The notes under the pieces are model-generated. The model made no database searches. It was not told the DNA's origin and was given only the letters and a program-made list of their open reading frames with translations. From positions 43,834,001 through 43,898,000 of the forward strand of contig OX597814.1 in the NCBI GenBank assembly GCA_951406725.2: a stretch of DNA of 64,000 nucleotides, in the 5' to 3' direction. Below, in pieces: positions 14,960-27,694 of the stretch (position 1 is the first letter of the stretch; every line of letters starts with the position of its first letter). The position numbers and the translations under genes are program-made. The DNA is from Octopus vulgaris (lineage: Eukaryota).

Positions 14960-15733
14960 TCCTCAGTACAGGGATCTTGTCTTGCAAATTACTTGGAGAC
15001 CTCACTGTTGCTTGTGCTAAGTAAAATGCACCCAGTACACTATATAAAGTGGTTAGCATTAGGAATGGCGTGCAGCCATAGAAACTATGTCGAAGCAGAC
15101 ATTAAAGCTTGTTGCAATCCTTCGGTTCGCCAGTGTTCCTGTTGAGCCAAGTATGGGAAATGGATGTTAATTGATGATGTTGATGTTGATATTATGACAT
15201 CACAGTGAACAGCTCTTAGCGCTGAAAAAAAACCTATTTAACTATCAAGATTCATCAATGAATCATTCAATGAGTGAATGTTGTAGGTGCATTGCTTATT
15301 TTACTAAAATGGTGCCTGCACCACCAACAAAATTACTTCCTTAGAAAAACTGGGGACAACATTACCATATTACCTTTTATACATCTCATAGTAAACACAG
15401 GTATGGCTGTGCGATAAGAAGTTTGCTTCATAACCACATGGTTCCGAGTTTAGTCTCACTGCATGGCATCTTGGGCAAGTGTTTTCTGCTGTAGTCTCAG
15501 GTTCAACAAAGTTGTTAGCGGATATGGTAGATGGAAGCTGAAAGAAGCCTTTGCATAAGTGTAGGTGTGTATGTCTCAGCATCATTTTCATACAGCATCT
15601 GCTTTCTATGCTGGCATGGGTTGGATAGTTTAAAACCCTGACCAGCTGAAGAGCTATTCAGTCTCCATACCTCTTTTGGCATGGTTTCTATGGATGGACG
15701 ACCTTCCAAACACCAACTCTGTGTGTGTGTGTT

Positions 15734-15811
<78 letters not shown>

Positions 15812-16025
15812 TTACTGTCTCCATACCTTGACTTTGTGCGATAGTTGATCACCGTCATACAAGTAGTGACTTTCATTTCCAATCCTCTGTGAAATCTTGT
15901 TTTGTCATACTCGGAAACAGGTGAGTTATGGCAACAGGAAATGCATCTTGATGTAGAATATCTGCCTCAAATAAATTTCATTTGATCCATGCAAGCATGC
16001 GTTAAAACAATGATGATGATGACCT
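14960..16025. mobile_element. Cluster of old SINE fragments (CORE-type head at about 15395-15570; RTE-like tails ending in (GAT)n) plus (TG)n
   Basis: catcttgggcaagtgttttctgctgtag matches family B. Tails like ggcattaggaatggcgtgcagccatagaaac end in gatgatg repeats. Confidence 0.6.
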
Positions 16026-16255
16026 AATGATTGACAAAATAACTCTCATCGTGCATATGACAAATATCAATAGTTGGATTGCCATTATAATGTTGATGTA
16101 TTCATCCAACAGAATTACAAATTTACTATGTCCTTTAATTCATTCAATGAGTTGCATAAATTGGTTTTGGCAAATTCCTGCAGTTCTTTTATATAATAAT
16201 TCTATGCATATATATATGTGTGTGTGTCTGTGTGCGTGTCTGTGTGTGTGTGTTA

Positions 16256-16440
16256 AATGGAACGAGACAACAAAGCCAAAACTGTGTGGAATTTTCAGGG
16301 CATTTATAGAGAGAAAGTTAGTCTTACAGCTGTTTCTGGGATATTAGGGATTTTACTCCATCAGAGACGATGTGAGATAGCTAAAACGATGGAAATAGTA
16401 AAGTTCCATAGAAAGAGTTATTTTGGAAAAGGAGGGAAAT
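16256..16440 (-). mobile_element. PLE 3'-end fragment, same family as 53176-53479, with decayed hammerhead (16321-16368)
   Basis: Minus strand reads gtct CTGATGG ...atccca GAAA cagctg TA agac. Close similarity to 53180-53300. Confidence 0.75.
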
Positions 16441-16562
16441 AAGAATTATAAAGGGAAATAAGAGAATAAAAGTAAAAATAAATGTAGGATGTTATGGCTG
16501 CAGTAGTGTGAAAGTAGTGTGTAGAACTGGTAGAAACGCTTCTTACCCATGGTATGTAAATT

Positions 16563-16786
16563 AGGCGGCGAGCTGGCAGAAACGTTAGCACACCGGGTGA
16601 AATGCTTAGCAGTATTTCGTCTGCCGTTACGTTCTGAGTTCAAATTCTGCCGAGGTCGACTTTGCCCTTCATCCTCTCGAGGTCGATTAAATAAGTACCA
16701 GTTACGCACTGGGGTCGATATAATCGACTTAATCCGTTTGTGTGTCCTCTCTGTATTTAGCCCCTTGTCGGTAGTAAAGACATAGT
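16563..16786 (+). mobile_element. tRNA-derived SINE, family A
   Basis: Full-length copy with TSD tatgtaaatt (16553-16562 and 16787-16796). Confidence 0.92.
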
Positions 16787-16939
16787 TATGTAAATTCCGA
16801 TAGGAGTTCATATTTTCTCATTACATACAGTGTGGAGATCTAGGTGACATAGGCTGTTCATTCCTAGGAGTCTCGTGGAGTGAGTGAATTTTTGACAAGG
16901 TAGTGGTAGTATTAAGTAGATAGAGAGGAGAGACAAGAT

Positions 16940-18230
16940 GTGTATTTTACTTCTCCTCCTACCACCCTACCCATGCCAAGCTCTCTATCCTCTACTCCCA
17001 ATTCCTCAAGCTGCGCAGTCTCTGCAGTGACAACCATGACTTTGCGACTCAGTCTCAACTCATAGCTCGCCACTTCATCCTTTGTGGTGGGTATCCACTC
17101 ACCGCTATCCACACATCCCTTGCCATAGCACGTTCCGTGGACCGTGCCTCTACCCCCGCCCCGCAACCACCCCGACGTTGCTTGTCTCCCGTTCCTCTTA
17201 CCTAACACCCCTCCACTCTGCCCCTCCAATGCATTATTCTCTGAGCCTTTCGGCGACTCCGATCCGACCACTCACCTCGCACATCTTCCCAAACCTACCC
17301 CTTTCCTCCTTCAAAAGATCCTAGAACCAGCGTGACCATCTGGTCCATAGATTCTTCCCTAGCTCCACCAGCCAGCCTGGCTCGTTCTCCTGTTCTCGTC
17401 CACGCTGACGCACTTGACCTTACCTCACCAACACCACTATCTTTACAGGTACCCATCATCGTCCCTATCATATCACCGCCTTCTTTACTTCTAGCAGTGT
17501 CATTTACTGCATCCCCTGCTCTTTATGCCCTTCTCTGTATATCAATCAAACGGGACGTCGCTTGGCTGATCGGTTCGCGGTGCTCATCCGAGACATCAGA
17601 TTCGGCAATGACAGCCCGGCCTCGCGCCATTTCAGCTCTACCGGTCATTCACTACAACACCTGTCTGAGTTCGAATTTCTTTGCACAGGGACCTTCTGGA
17701 CTCCCGCCAACGCCCTGAACTGCATTTTGTCTTCGCTCCTCTCTTCATCTGACTCCCCGCCTCTCCTCTCTTCACCTGATACCTACTACCTCTCTTCATT
17801 CCTACCCACTTCTCCTCTCCCTTCTTGCCCTGACACCTACTTTCTCTCTTCAATCCTACCCAACTCACCTCTCTTCTTTAGACACATATTTGCTTTCTTC
17901 ACTCCTACCCACCTCTCTTTATTGATACTCCCTCCACCCACACCCTACACCCCACAATGCACTCCGACATAACCCACCCACACCCACATCAGTACCCGCA
18001 CACATCCCATACACTCACACCCACATTCCCAATCACACACACCTACACATTGCAAACGCACACACTTACACACGCACACATCCATACGTCAAAGTCAGTA
18101 GCGCCTATCTACACACACACACATTTTCACATACACGCACACACACACACGTGCACCTTCGTTTCTCACTTTCCCTAACGTCAAACCCCTGCTTGTTCAT
18201 ACACCTGTCTTCTTATTTTGATTTTCTCTA
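16940..18230 (+). mobile_element. Decayed Neptune-type PLE: RT thumb, Cys linker, GIY-YIG and pyrimidine/CA-rich 3' UTR
   Basis: Reads FSSYHPTHAKLSILYSQFLKLRSLCSDNHDF (PLE thumb), then CSRPR, then VIYCIPCSLCPSLYINQTGRRLADRF...SPASRHFSSTGHSLQHLS. Related to 39825-41017. Confidence 0.85.
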
Positions 18231-18239
18231 CACTTCGAC

Positions 18240-18291
<52 letters not shown>

Positions 18292-19142
18292 TGTGTGTAT
18301 AAGCCTTTACGTTTTTTTTGATTTCCAATGTGGATATTCTCTTATTTTTTCTTCTTACTTATCCACGTGTAGTTTCTATTTTCTTTTTGTAACATATTTC
18401 TGTTATATATATATATATAAACCGACAGTATAAAATGCAGATGACCTACATGTGTTATATGCGTCAACCTAATTGAGGGATCGGCATTCACCTTCAGACA
18501 AAGCCCATGTTCTACAGTGATAAACAACTTCACATGTGCTTCGGAAAACCTAATATATGCGTTAAATGTGTTTGTAAATGTGTTGTGTTTGTGTGTGGGT
18601 AAGTGGTTAGTTTTGCTGAAATGAAATTATTGCATTCATATTAAGGAAAAATAAAATTTATATTTATTCATAAACAGTAGTTAATAATCTATGCTTCTGG
18701 CATGTCTTTTAGTCTATTTTAATTATTATACTTGGAATTGTTTTCAATTTTGCCGTCTTTGATTTGCATTAATGTTTTTGTTTTGTTTTGCTTCGTTTTT
18801 TTTTGCGGGGGGGGGGGAGGCGAAATTGCTGCAGGTAAATTTTGGTAACTTTCATATCTTTCTCAATTCGGATTTAAGTTAATTAGCAGCTATTAAATCG
18901 TGAATTGGTTTTACGTGTGCATAATATCAAAAATATGAGTGATGTTTATCAATCATTTTTTGATAATTTGGCAATCCATAACATTGACTTAGTCGACACT
19001 CAACAATTCTTACACAACCCCACACAAATTATTGAATAGTAAGTATCGAGACTTTACTTTCAACCAGATCTGCTTGATATGCATTCGTACAAAGCATGAA
19101 TTATATATTTCAAGGAATTTTAAGTTAAATATATTGTAACAT

Positions 19143-19560
19143 AGGCGCAGGAGTGGCTGTGGGGTAAGTAGCTTGCTAACCAACCACATGGTTCAGGGTT
19201 CAGTCCCACTGCGTGGCATCTTGGGCCAGTGTCTTCTGCTATAGCCTCGGGCCGACCAATGCCTTGTGAGTGTATTTGGTAGACGGAAACTGAAAGAAGC
19301 CTGTCGTATATATGTATATATATATAAGTGTGTGTGTATATGTTTGTTTGTTTGTGTTTGTCTCCCTAGCATTGCTTGACAACCGATGCTGGTGTGTTTA
19401 AGTCCCCGTCACTTAGCGGTTCGGCAAAAGAGACCGATAGAATAAGTACTGGGCTTACAAAGAATAAGTCCCGGGGTCGATTTGCTCGACTAAAGGCGGT
19501 GCTCCAGCATGGCCGCAGTCAAATGACTGAAACAAGTAAAAGAGTAAAAGAGTAAAAGAG
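19143..19560 (+). mobile_element. tRNA-derived CORE-type SINE, family B (octopus OR-like)
   Basis: tRNA-like head (TGGCTGTGGGGT; GGTTCAGTCCC), CORE-like CTTGGGCxAGTGTCTTCT, internal (TA/TG) tract, and (GTAAAAGA)n tail. Confidence 0.9.
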
Positions 19561-19864
19561 TAACAATCATATATTTAATATGACACAAAATTATTCATAT
19601 TGCGTCTGGATATGCGACTACATTCGTTAGTGGATGTAATCTTGCATAAGTAAAATCTGGTCTTTTGCAAATTTTAATGATATATCAAAGACCTAAACGA
19701 TGTAAAATTGGTGCAGTTTCCTATGGCACGGGCAATCAGTTAAACTTAAAATTCAATTTTAGCTACAATAAATATGAAATTTCTGCGAAATGTTTCATCA
19801 GCTGGCGGTGGGATGTGCACATACACACACATATGCGCACATATATAAATATTTAAATATGTAA

Positions 19865-20385
19865 GTATCTGATCAATAAGCAACCGGACTGTTACGATAG
19901 AAACGATGCTAAAGCACGGAGACTGAAGTCGCATGGCACAGATTGACCGTTAATTGTTGTGTCCGCGTACTAAGTTCTAATGTGCCAGCTCCTGCTCTTT
20001 ACAGCAGTGTGTAGCGTGTGACCGTCGCATTGTCCATGACAAAGACATTCGAGCACAGAATCCGCATCACATTCCGCCAAAAACTTGACGATACCTGCTC
20101 AGAGGATTACATGAAGTTTTGAAAAGGTTTTCATCGTTCTCAACATAATGAAGGAGATCTTGTGCAACTGAAACCCAGGTGTCGTTTTGGTCAACTGAAA
20201 GCAGTTTGGGCACAAACTTAGCAGGGACGCGTCTCATAACCTAATCTTCAGTGATGATAGATTGAACTGAACATTAACTAATCTGCATATCCTCTAATAA
20301 CTCCTGGGTGGTAATTCTACGATTTCCCTTCGTAGTTGTACGCACTTTTGCAATGTTTTTCTATGTTCTGCTGGTTTTCTATGTT
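19865..20385. mobile_element. Scrambled mariner relic
   Basis: TIR-like tctgatcaataagcaaccggact. Plus strand MTKTFEHRIRITFRQKL (mariner N-terminus). Minus strand MRRVPAKFVPKLLSVDQ (WVPxxL-equivalent motif) at about 20180-20250. Confidence 0.65.
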
Positions 20386-22119
20386 CTGCTGCACATATAC
20401 ACGTGCGCACGCGCACACACAGAGTCGCATAGCTAAATATGTATTTATGTATGTACCCACTTCTCTACGCGCATAGGTACACCACGATCTATACACACGC
20501 AGACGAGGCTCGATTCATTTGAAAAAGAAAGTGAACAAAATGAAATATTTATAGAAAATATTGCATAGACTTTGAACGTCTTTCAGTAATGGCAGGTAAA
20601 TCAAGCGTTAAGTATCACATTTATAGGTATTTATATTCCAGTGAAATTAAGAAATCAATTTGTAAAGAAATGAAACCCTCGAATCCACCACTGTACAGTA
20701 CAGTCGCAAATCTATGTATGTAATCACGTATGTTTGAAGATAATCAAACCAAATTTTCATCATTTCGAGTCACTCACAGAATGAGTATTTCTGCCAAATT
20801 TGGTGAAAATCCGTTCCCCCATTTTCCAGTAATTTTGTAAACACACAAGCAAACAAACTAAGATGAGGGATTACAATACTGTGCCTTCGCCTACGTGCGC
20901 AGGGTGACTATACATATCAGTTGAACTGTTTAATTACCAATAACATATGACGTGAAGTAAATGCATTCCAATTTAGAGATAGTACATACAAGTAATGGTC
21001 AATAGACATTCGGTGCATATGAACGAGCAAAGAATCTGGTATTAAATCGTTATCTAAGAATCAGAGTGAATCAGGCTTAATGGGAAACAATATTTAACAT
21101 AGCAACAGTAATTCTTAGTGTAAATAAAAACTTATGGCAAACGAGATTAAGAAGTTTTGCTATAAATAATACTGTGCTCATTGCCCGTTTCCATACTTAA
21201 AAATTAGTGCTTGTAAATGAGATAAGGAAATATTCCTAGTGGGAATAGCATTGCAATGGGAATGGATATTTCGTTTCTTTTTTAGTATCAAAGACAAATT
21301 TAATATTTGGAAAATAAGAAAAATACTGTGAGTTAGGAGATTATAATTTGCACGAGAAAAGGATACGTAGACATCAAGCATCGTCAAAGATGAGACACGC
21401 TACTTCGGTTGCATCTTTTTGTAGGGTTTCTATAAATAATTGATCATTGAAACATCTGAGCCACTGTGTTGTTGGGAGTTCTGTTAGTAACCAATCTCAA
21501 GATGGATAAAACTTCTTTTTATATGTTATATTTAGACAAGCAAATACACCAATATTGGCAAACAATGTAAATACGTGTGTGTGACAAAAAGAGAGAAAGA
21601 GTGATTGAGTGTGAGTGTGCGTGTGTGTGTGTGCGAGCGTGTGTGTATGTATGCGAGCGGGCGTATGTGTGTGAGTCTTAAAAAGAAAATGACACAACCT
21701 CGTGTAGAAAAAAAGATGTATTCTGAAGCGGTTCCAGTGTTTACAATTGATTAAATATACATGTTGTGGTGGTACTGTGAAAGCAGGAAGTTGCTATTAG
21801 TTGTTATCTCTATGTATTACCCCATAAGACGTACGCTTGAAAGCCTATAAATAGTCAAAGCACATAACACGTGACGGCAACTTCCTTATAAAATGTGTGT
21901 GATTCTGATTTGTAAACATATTTCTAACAATTAATAATTTTAAATTAAAAAACACATTTTCACATAGTTTAACAGTACAAACTCTTTTGTAAAAGCTTTA
22001 TTGAATAAGTAATATTTATTGCTACTTAAACATAACTGTTCCGTGTGAATAGACTTTACTGCTATTTTAAGCCCAGAATGACATATCCAACTGCTTTTCG
22101 ATGCAAACTGCACCTCTTG

Positions 22120-22450
22120 TATATTGCAGGCCTGAAGATTCTGGAGAGATTGGCACCAAACTTTAACATCGGAAGCTATATCAGGACCCGAACAGAACGT
22201 CACTTTGCTGTTCCAACCGTCCAAGTCATCCCGTCTACATTCAAGAACATGTACTGTAATAACGTGGGGTCCAAGAGTCCATGGCTATGTAATATCTTGC
22301 CACAACATTTGACAGTTTAACATGGAGTACGGGTAAAATTGTTCAAAAAACTACTCGACCTCCTGCAGTTCAAAGTCCCAATGAAACTACATCACGGCAA
22401 GAATCTCAAAAGAGGGCAGCAATTTCGAACTCACTGTTTCACTAGAAGCT
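22120..22450 (+). mobile_element. CR1-like LINE 3' fragment
   Basis: KILERLAPNFNI...RTERH..VP...YCNNVGSKSPWLCNILP...FKKLLD..L..VP, the typical CR1-group ORF2 C-terminus (xxGPxLFNxLP...FKxxLD). Confidence 0.6.
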
Positions 22451-22966
22451 AAATTCATGTTCTCGCATGGGCTGAAATGTATCTAAAAGAATAAAAGAAT
22501 GAAAGGAAACGTGTGTTTGTTAGTGTGTGTGTGTGTGCGCGTGCGCGCGTTAAAACTGGTGTGCTGAGAGTATAATCTGCTACACTCCGTCTGTGAGTGA
22601 ATGCAGGAGCCGATATCTTACCATATCCACTACAAGACCGAAGATGACTGAAATCACCTACAGGTGTAGGGAGAGAAAGTCCAATACACAAACATAAGTT
22701 TTGCTGAGGCAAGTTTTTACCATCCTCTATGCTCGTTTTTTCTGCATCACGTCCCTCCCTCTTGAGAAAGATATAATGGAGTGTGTTCTAAGCGCCATTT
22801 GATAAATTTCTGGTAAAGTCTTATTCTCCTTCCCAACCAGTCTAACACACTCGTGCATTGACTGAAATTTGGTGTTAGCAAATACTCCTACATCTACCTC
22901 GACAGAGATATGAGTGCTTATATGTATGTGTGTATGTATGTATGTATGTATGCATACAAGTGTAGA

Positions 22967-23019
<53 letters not shown>

Positions 23020-23489
23020 ATTTGAGGGAATATTATTCCTAACTTACAGGAAAAAATTCAATTTAGAAATACTAAATCAACTTTCACAAAATATAATATA
23101 TATATATATGTAAATTAGAAAAAAAAAACCTTTTATCAATTCAAAATGAATAATTAAATTACACCATCTAGAAAATTCATATAATAGAAATATTTAAAAT
23201 AAAATAACAATAATATACCGATGATTAAGTAAATTGTAAACTAATAGGTATTATATTAATTGATATTTAGTCAACTATATTATTGAGTGATATATTAAAT
23301 CTATAGATACTACACATATATATTAATTATATAGTTAGCTTATTTAATGAGTTTGTCTATATTTGAACCATTTCTTATTTTGATTACAATATTAATGGCT
23401 TGTACTAGCATTGTGTATATTAATTAATTTTAATGTATTGTATACTTTAAGTATTGTTGTAGTTTTCACTTAATGCATATTTAGTATCT

Positions 23490-23511
<22 letters not shown>

Positions 23512-23522
<11 letters not shown>

Positions 23523-23960
23523 AATTAGAGACAAAACCACTATTATGCAAATCAAACAAAGAAAGACTTAATCCAATACATAAATTAATTTATATTATTT
23601 AGTAATTTAACAATTATTAATATCCACTACGATCGTTTCATGTCTTCTTTTCATCACATCTTTGAGTAGTAGTTCATAGTTTAAACTCGCCAAGAATATT
23701 TGAAACCACCTGAAGAATGTCTACTACTCAAAGATGTGATGAAAAGAAGACATGAAACGATCGTAGTGGATATTAATAATAGTTAAATTACTAAATAATA
23801 TAAATTAATTTATGTATTGGATTAAGTCTTTCTTTGTTTGATTTGCATAATAGTGGTTTTGTCTCTAATTTATATAATATAATATTTTACTATAAATTGG
23901 ATTCAATCCTAAATCTGATTTTTCCCTGTAAGTTTGGATTTATTCCCTAATATTTATTAT
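23512..23960 (+). mobile_element. PLE 3'-end remnant with inverted duplication (arms 23512-23672 and 23721-23881)
   Basis: Near-perfect inverted arms of about 160 bp, a 48 bp spacer, an intact hammerhead, and (AT)n flanks. Confidence 0.8.
23706..23769 (+). ncRNA. Type I hammerhead ribozyme, minimal stem III
   Basis: ccac CTGAAGA atgtct [25 nt] agacat GAAA C gatc G TA gtgg. Stem I is 4 bp, the core is canonical CUGANGA/GAAA, stem II is 6 bp, the loop is palindromic CGATCG, and the cleavage triplet is GUA. Confidence 0.85.
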
Positions 23961-23971
23961 TGTATATATAT

Positions 23972-24387
23972 ATACAAAATAAGAAAATGGAGAAATACAT
24001 CTAAATCAAATATCAACTACCAGATAATACTAATCACATACTTTATTAAACCACTACATAAAGAAACTTAAGGTCAAACATAATAATATAGAACAAAACA
24101 GGGTACATGAATGAGTAATATGATACAGTAAGTACAATATGTATAAGAGAATATAAATAAATATAAATATAAAAATATATATTTATGTTTATTTATATTT
24201 ATTTATATTATCTTATACATATTGTACTTACTGTATCATATTACTCATTCATGTACCCTGTTTTGTTATATATTATTATGTTTGACCTTAAAGTTTCTTA
24301 TGTAATGGTTTAATGAAGTATGTGATTGGTATTATCTGGTAGTTGATATTTAATTTAGATGTATTTCTCCATTTTCTTATTTTGTAT
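23972..24387. repeat. Near-perfect AT-rich palindrome of about 416 bp (fold-back)
   Basis: atacaaaataagaaaatggagaaatacatctaaat... is mirrored by ...atttagatgtatttctccattttcttattttgtat. Centre at about 24180 with essentially no spacer. Confidence 0.9.
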
Positions 24388-24414
24388 TATTAATTTGTGG
24401 TAAAACATTTTACC

Positions 24415-24820
24415 TTACTCTTTTTACTCTTTTTACTTGTTTCAGTCATTTGACTGCGGCCATGCTGGAGCACCGCCTTTAGTCGAGCAAATCGACCCCG
24501 GGACTTATTCTTTGTAAGCCCAGTACTTATTCTATCGGTCTCTTTTGCCGAACCGCTAAGTGACGGGGACGTAAACACACCAGCATCGGTTGTCAAGCAA
24601 TGCTAGGGGAACAAACACAGACATATTCAGACACACTTATATATATATACATATATACGACAGGCTTCTTTCAGTTTCCGTCTACCAAATCAACTCACAA
24701 GGCATTGGTCGGCCCGGGGCTATAGCAGAAGACACTTGCTCAAGATGCCACGCAGTGGGACTGAACCCGGAACCATGTGGTTGGTTAGCAAGCTACTTAC
24801 CAAACAGCCACTCCTTTGCC
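24415..24820 (-). mobile_element. CORE-type SINE, family B
   Basis: Reverse complement of 19143-19560 at high identity. Confidence 0.92.
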
Positions 24821-24978
24821 CATATAATACGGTAAATGAATTAATTGCATTGCAATTCTTAACATTTATGTATTAACTTTGTTGGTTACTTCACTAGCAG
24901 TATATCGGATATATGTTATCCCATGGAGGGTTGCATTTAGAACCCCTATCTCAATGTGTATATATATATATATGCATA

Positions 24979-26169
24979 CAGAGGTTGGAAAAAATAATGG
25001 AAACACCTTAAATCTTTAAAAAAATATTATTTTACTACGGGGTAGGACCGCCTTCGGCAGTAATTACAGCTTGAATTCTGCGAGATATGAATTCGTACAA
25101 AGTTTGAATTGTTTCCAAAGGAATTTTTATCATTCTTCAACTAAAACAGTCTCCAGTTCTTGTAGTGGTATTGGTGAATGTTATTGACTCTACCTGTTTT
25201 TTCTAAAATGCACCATAAATGTTCAATAATATTGAGATCTGGGGACTGTAGCGATCAGTTAAGTTGTTCAACTTCACTAGAATGTTCCTCGTACCATTCT
25301 GTAACATATTTAGCTGGTGCATTATCATCCTGAAAGATTGCTATTCCATCCAGAAACAGTTCCGCAGCCATGGGATTAATGTGATAAGATAAAATGCTTA
25401 AGTAGCCTTGACTATTAATTCTACCATGAAGGGAAACCATTGAGCAGGCGGATTTCCATGATTTTGCCCCCTCCCGAGATCATCACAGACCCGCCTCCAT
25501 GTTTAACGGAAGTAGCCAGTGAGGATCAAATGCTTCTTTTGGATATCTCCACACGTATACTCGGCCGTTGGTTAGAAATAAGGTAAAGGTTGACTCGTAC
25601 GAGAAACTAATATTCTTCCATTGCTATAGGGACCAACTCTGTAGGTTTTATGCCACACTTAACGCTCTGAAATCCTCCTGTGAAACTGAGAAACTGAGTT
25701 CTCGATGTGGTCATTTAAATTTCTGCAGTAGTTTTGGGAGCTTTGCTTTTGTGGTCCTTTCTAACAATTCGCTTAAGGACCTGACGGTCCCTATCTGAAG
25801 GTTTTGGTTTTCTTCCGGAATTTTGGTTTGTCAATGAGGTTTTTCCCTCTTTCTCAAAGGCTGTCATTACGTTCGAAACATTACTTCTTGATACACCAAA
25901 CATTTCGGCTGTTTTCATTACGCTAGCACCTGCCATAAGAGCACCAACAATTTGACATCTTTGAAAATCCGATAGATCTGTCATTCTAATGAATTTTGAT
26001 TACGTTTTTCTGGTGATGTCTGAAAAGAAACACAAATTTTAGCAAAACATAAATTAACATTAAGAACAAATAAAAAAACGTAGCAATGAAAAAGCCTTTG
26101 ACGGTTTTATAGATATTTAAGAATTGTGATGCTAAGATAGTAGATGTTTCCATTATTTTGTCCAACCTC

Positions 26170-26171
<2 letters not shown>
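24979..26171 (-). mobile_element. Tc1-like DNA transposon, full length, transposase pseudogenised
   Basis: 27 bp TIRs CAGAGGTTGG(A/C)AAAATAATGGAAACA-like at both ends, TA on the left. Protein motifs MTDLSDFQRCQIVGA...SGRKPK (paired-like HTH), FSYES, FQDDNAP and SPDLNIIEHLW, with frameshifts. Confidence 0.92.
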
Positions 26172-26248
<77 letters not shown>

Positions 26249-26407
26249 GTATATATATATACATATTAATATATATACACCATATGCATATATAATGTAT
26301 ATGTATGTATCTATCTATCTATATATATATATATATATATGGTTTTGTTTATGATATATATTCGTAAAATATACATATATACTCATTAGATGCACTTAAT
26401 ATATATA

Positions 26408-27219
26408 CAGGGTGCGATGGATAGTTTGTCGCCATTTTATATTTTTAATTTAGCGAATCCGTTTTTATTATTTTTTTTTTCGACTACACGGTATAGTAAT
26501 CTTAGTTGGGTAACATGATGCAATTGACTCTGCCAGAAATTTTGAAATGACAGGCTGTGTTGCTTGCCATTCTCACTGGAAGCTCCAATACGAATATTTC
26601 AGATTGTTTGGATGGCAATTTGAGGGCGGGTAACGAGTGTGATAAAAATCAAACAACCCGTCGTCAACGTCACTATTGACGGCGACGTTATACTTTGATT
26701 CAGACTCAACACGGAGACCTACATCAAGTGACAGGAGTGGGTAGTGCTGCTCTGGATCTTGAGGGTAGCTGTTGTAAAACCTTGTCTTTAACAAAAATCT
26801 GCACCATGCCACACACGCTGGAGAATCAAGTCATGGTTGACAAATAATTTTTGCGACCACATCACTCCTAACATCTGGACACCAAATACCCCAGAATGCA
26901 ACCCCTTGACTATTATGAGTAGGACATAGTTAAGACAGAGACCAACAAATCTCCTTGTAGCACCAAAGATTAACTGTAGGCACGGATAACAGCAGCATTC
27001 ACCAACTCAAACGGGGAGACCACCCAAAAGATTTGCAGGAGATGCCGAAGTCGTCTGCAGGCTGTAGTTGAAGGAAGTAGCAATTTTATTAAATAAATTT
27101 ACTTTTTTGTGTTTCAAGATATTTTTATGTAATTTTTGTAAATATATCTGCCAAAATGGGATGTCAGTGTTATTTTCATTTTTGCGTAATTTAGATGATA
27201 ATTTATTCACCGCACCCTG
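26408..27219 (+). mobile_element. Internally deleted maT (DD37D)-type Tc1/mariner element
   Basis: TA-flanked imperfect TIRs CAGGGTGCG...CGCACCCTG. The internal QxSAPCHTRWRIKSWLTNNFCDHITPNIWTPNTPECNPL(DYY) gives 37 residues between the second and third catalytic positions. Confidence 0.8.
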
Positions 27220-27694
27220 TATGTTTGTTGCCAATTCGACATAGTTGTTTCGTACGAATAGACGGTACAAATTTTTTTAACCCCAAGAGGACGAATCATC
27301 TCGTTGTTTAACAAAGTCATCTATATCCGATATGTATTGCAGGCAGCAGGTGTAGGTGAACCCCTATAATCTACTAACAGTAACAATGTAGGTTGGTACG
27401 CAACATCCTTGTTTAAATGGCGAGAAACATTATTTCTGAGTAGAGAAACTACTTTAATCTATCATAAAGATTTTCTAACTAGCTGTTTCGATTACCTATA
27501 CATACATACATATGTGTGTATGTGTGTGTATTGTTAAGTACAGATAGCGGCTGGAATAACTGTTTAAGGGATAAGAATAACCGTATTTACTGCCGGTATC
27601 AGTTACCTATGTCAACCCTGGGCATGAGGTATGCAAGCACACTATGATTATAGTTTACAGGTAATAACAGAATAAACAAGAGTTTATTAGGAAT

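Noticed and set aside
20540-20910. Possible HINE/MITE-like element (similar case at about 29040-29235)
   Set aside because: Resemblance only. Termini could not be defined.
21840-21900. TATAAATA with CACGTG/TGACG motifs as a promoter
   Set aside because: Short motifs are common in AT-rich DNA, and there is no clear Inr or downstream exon.
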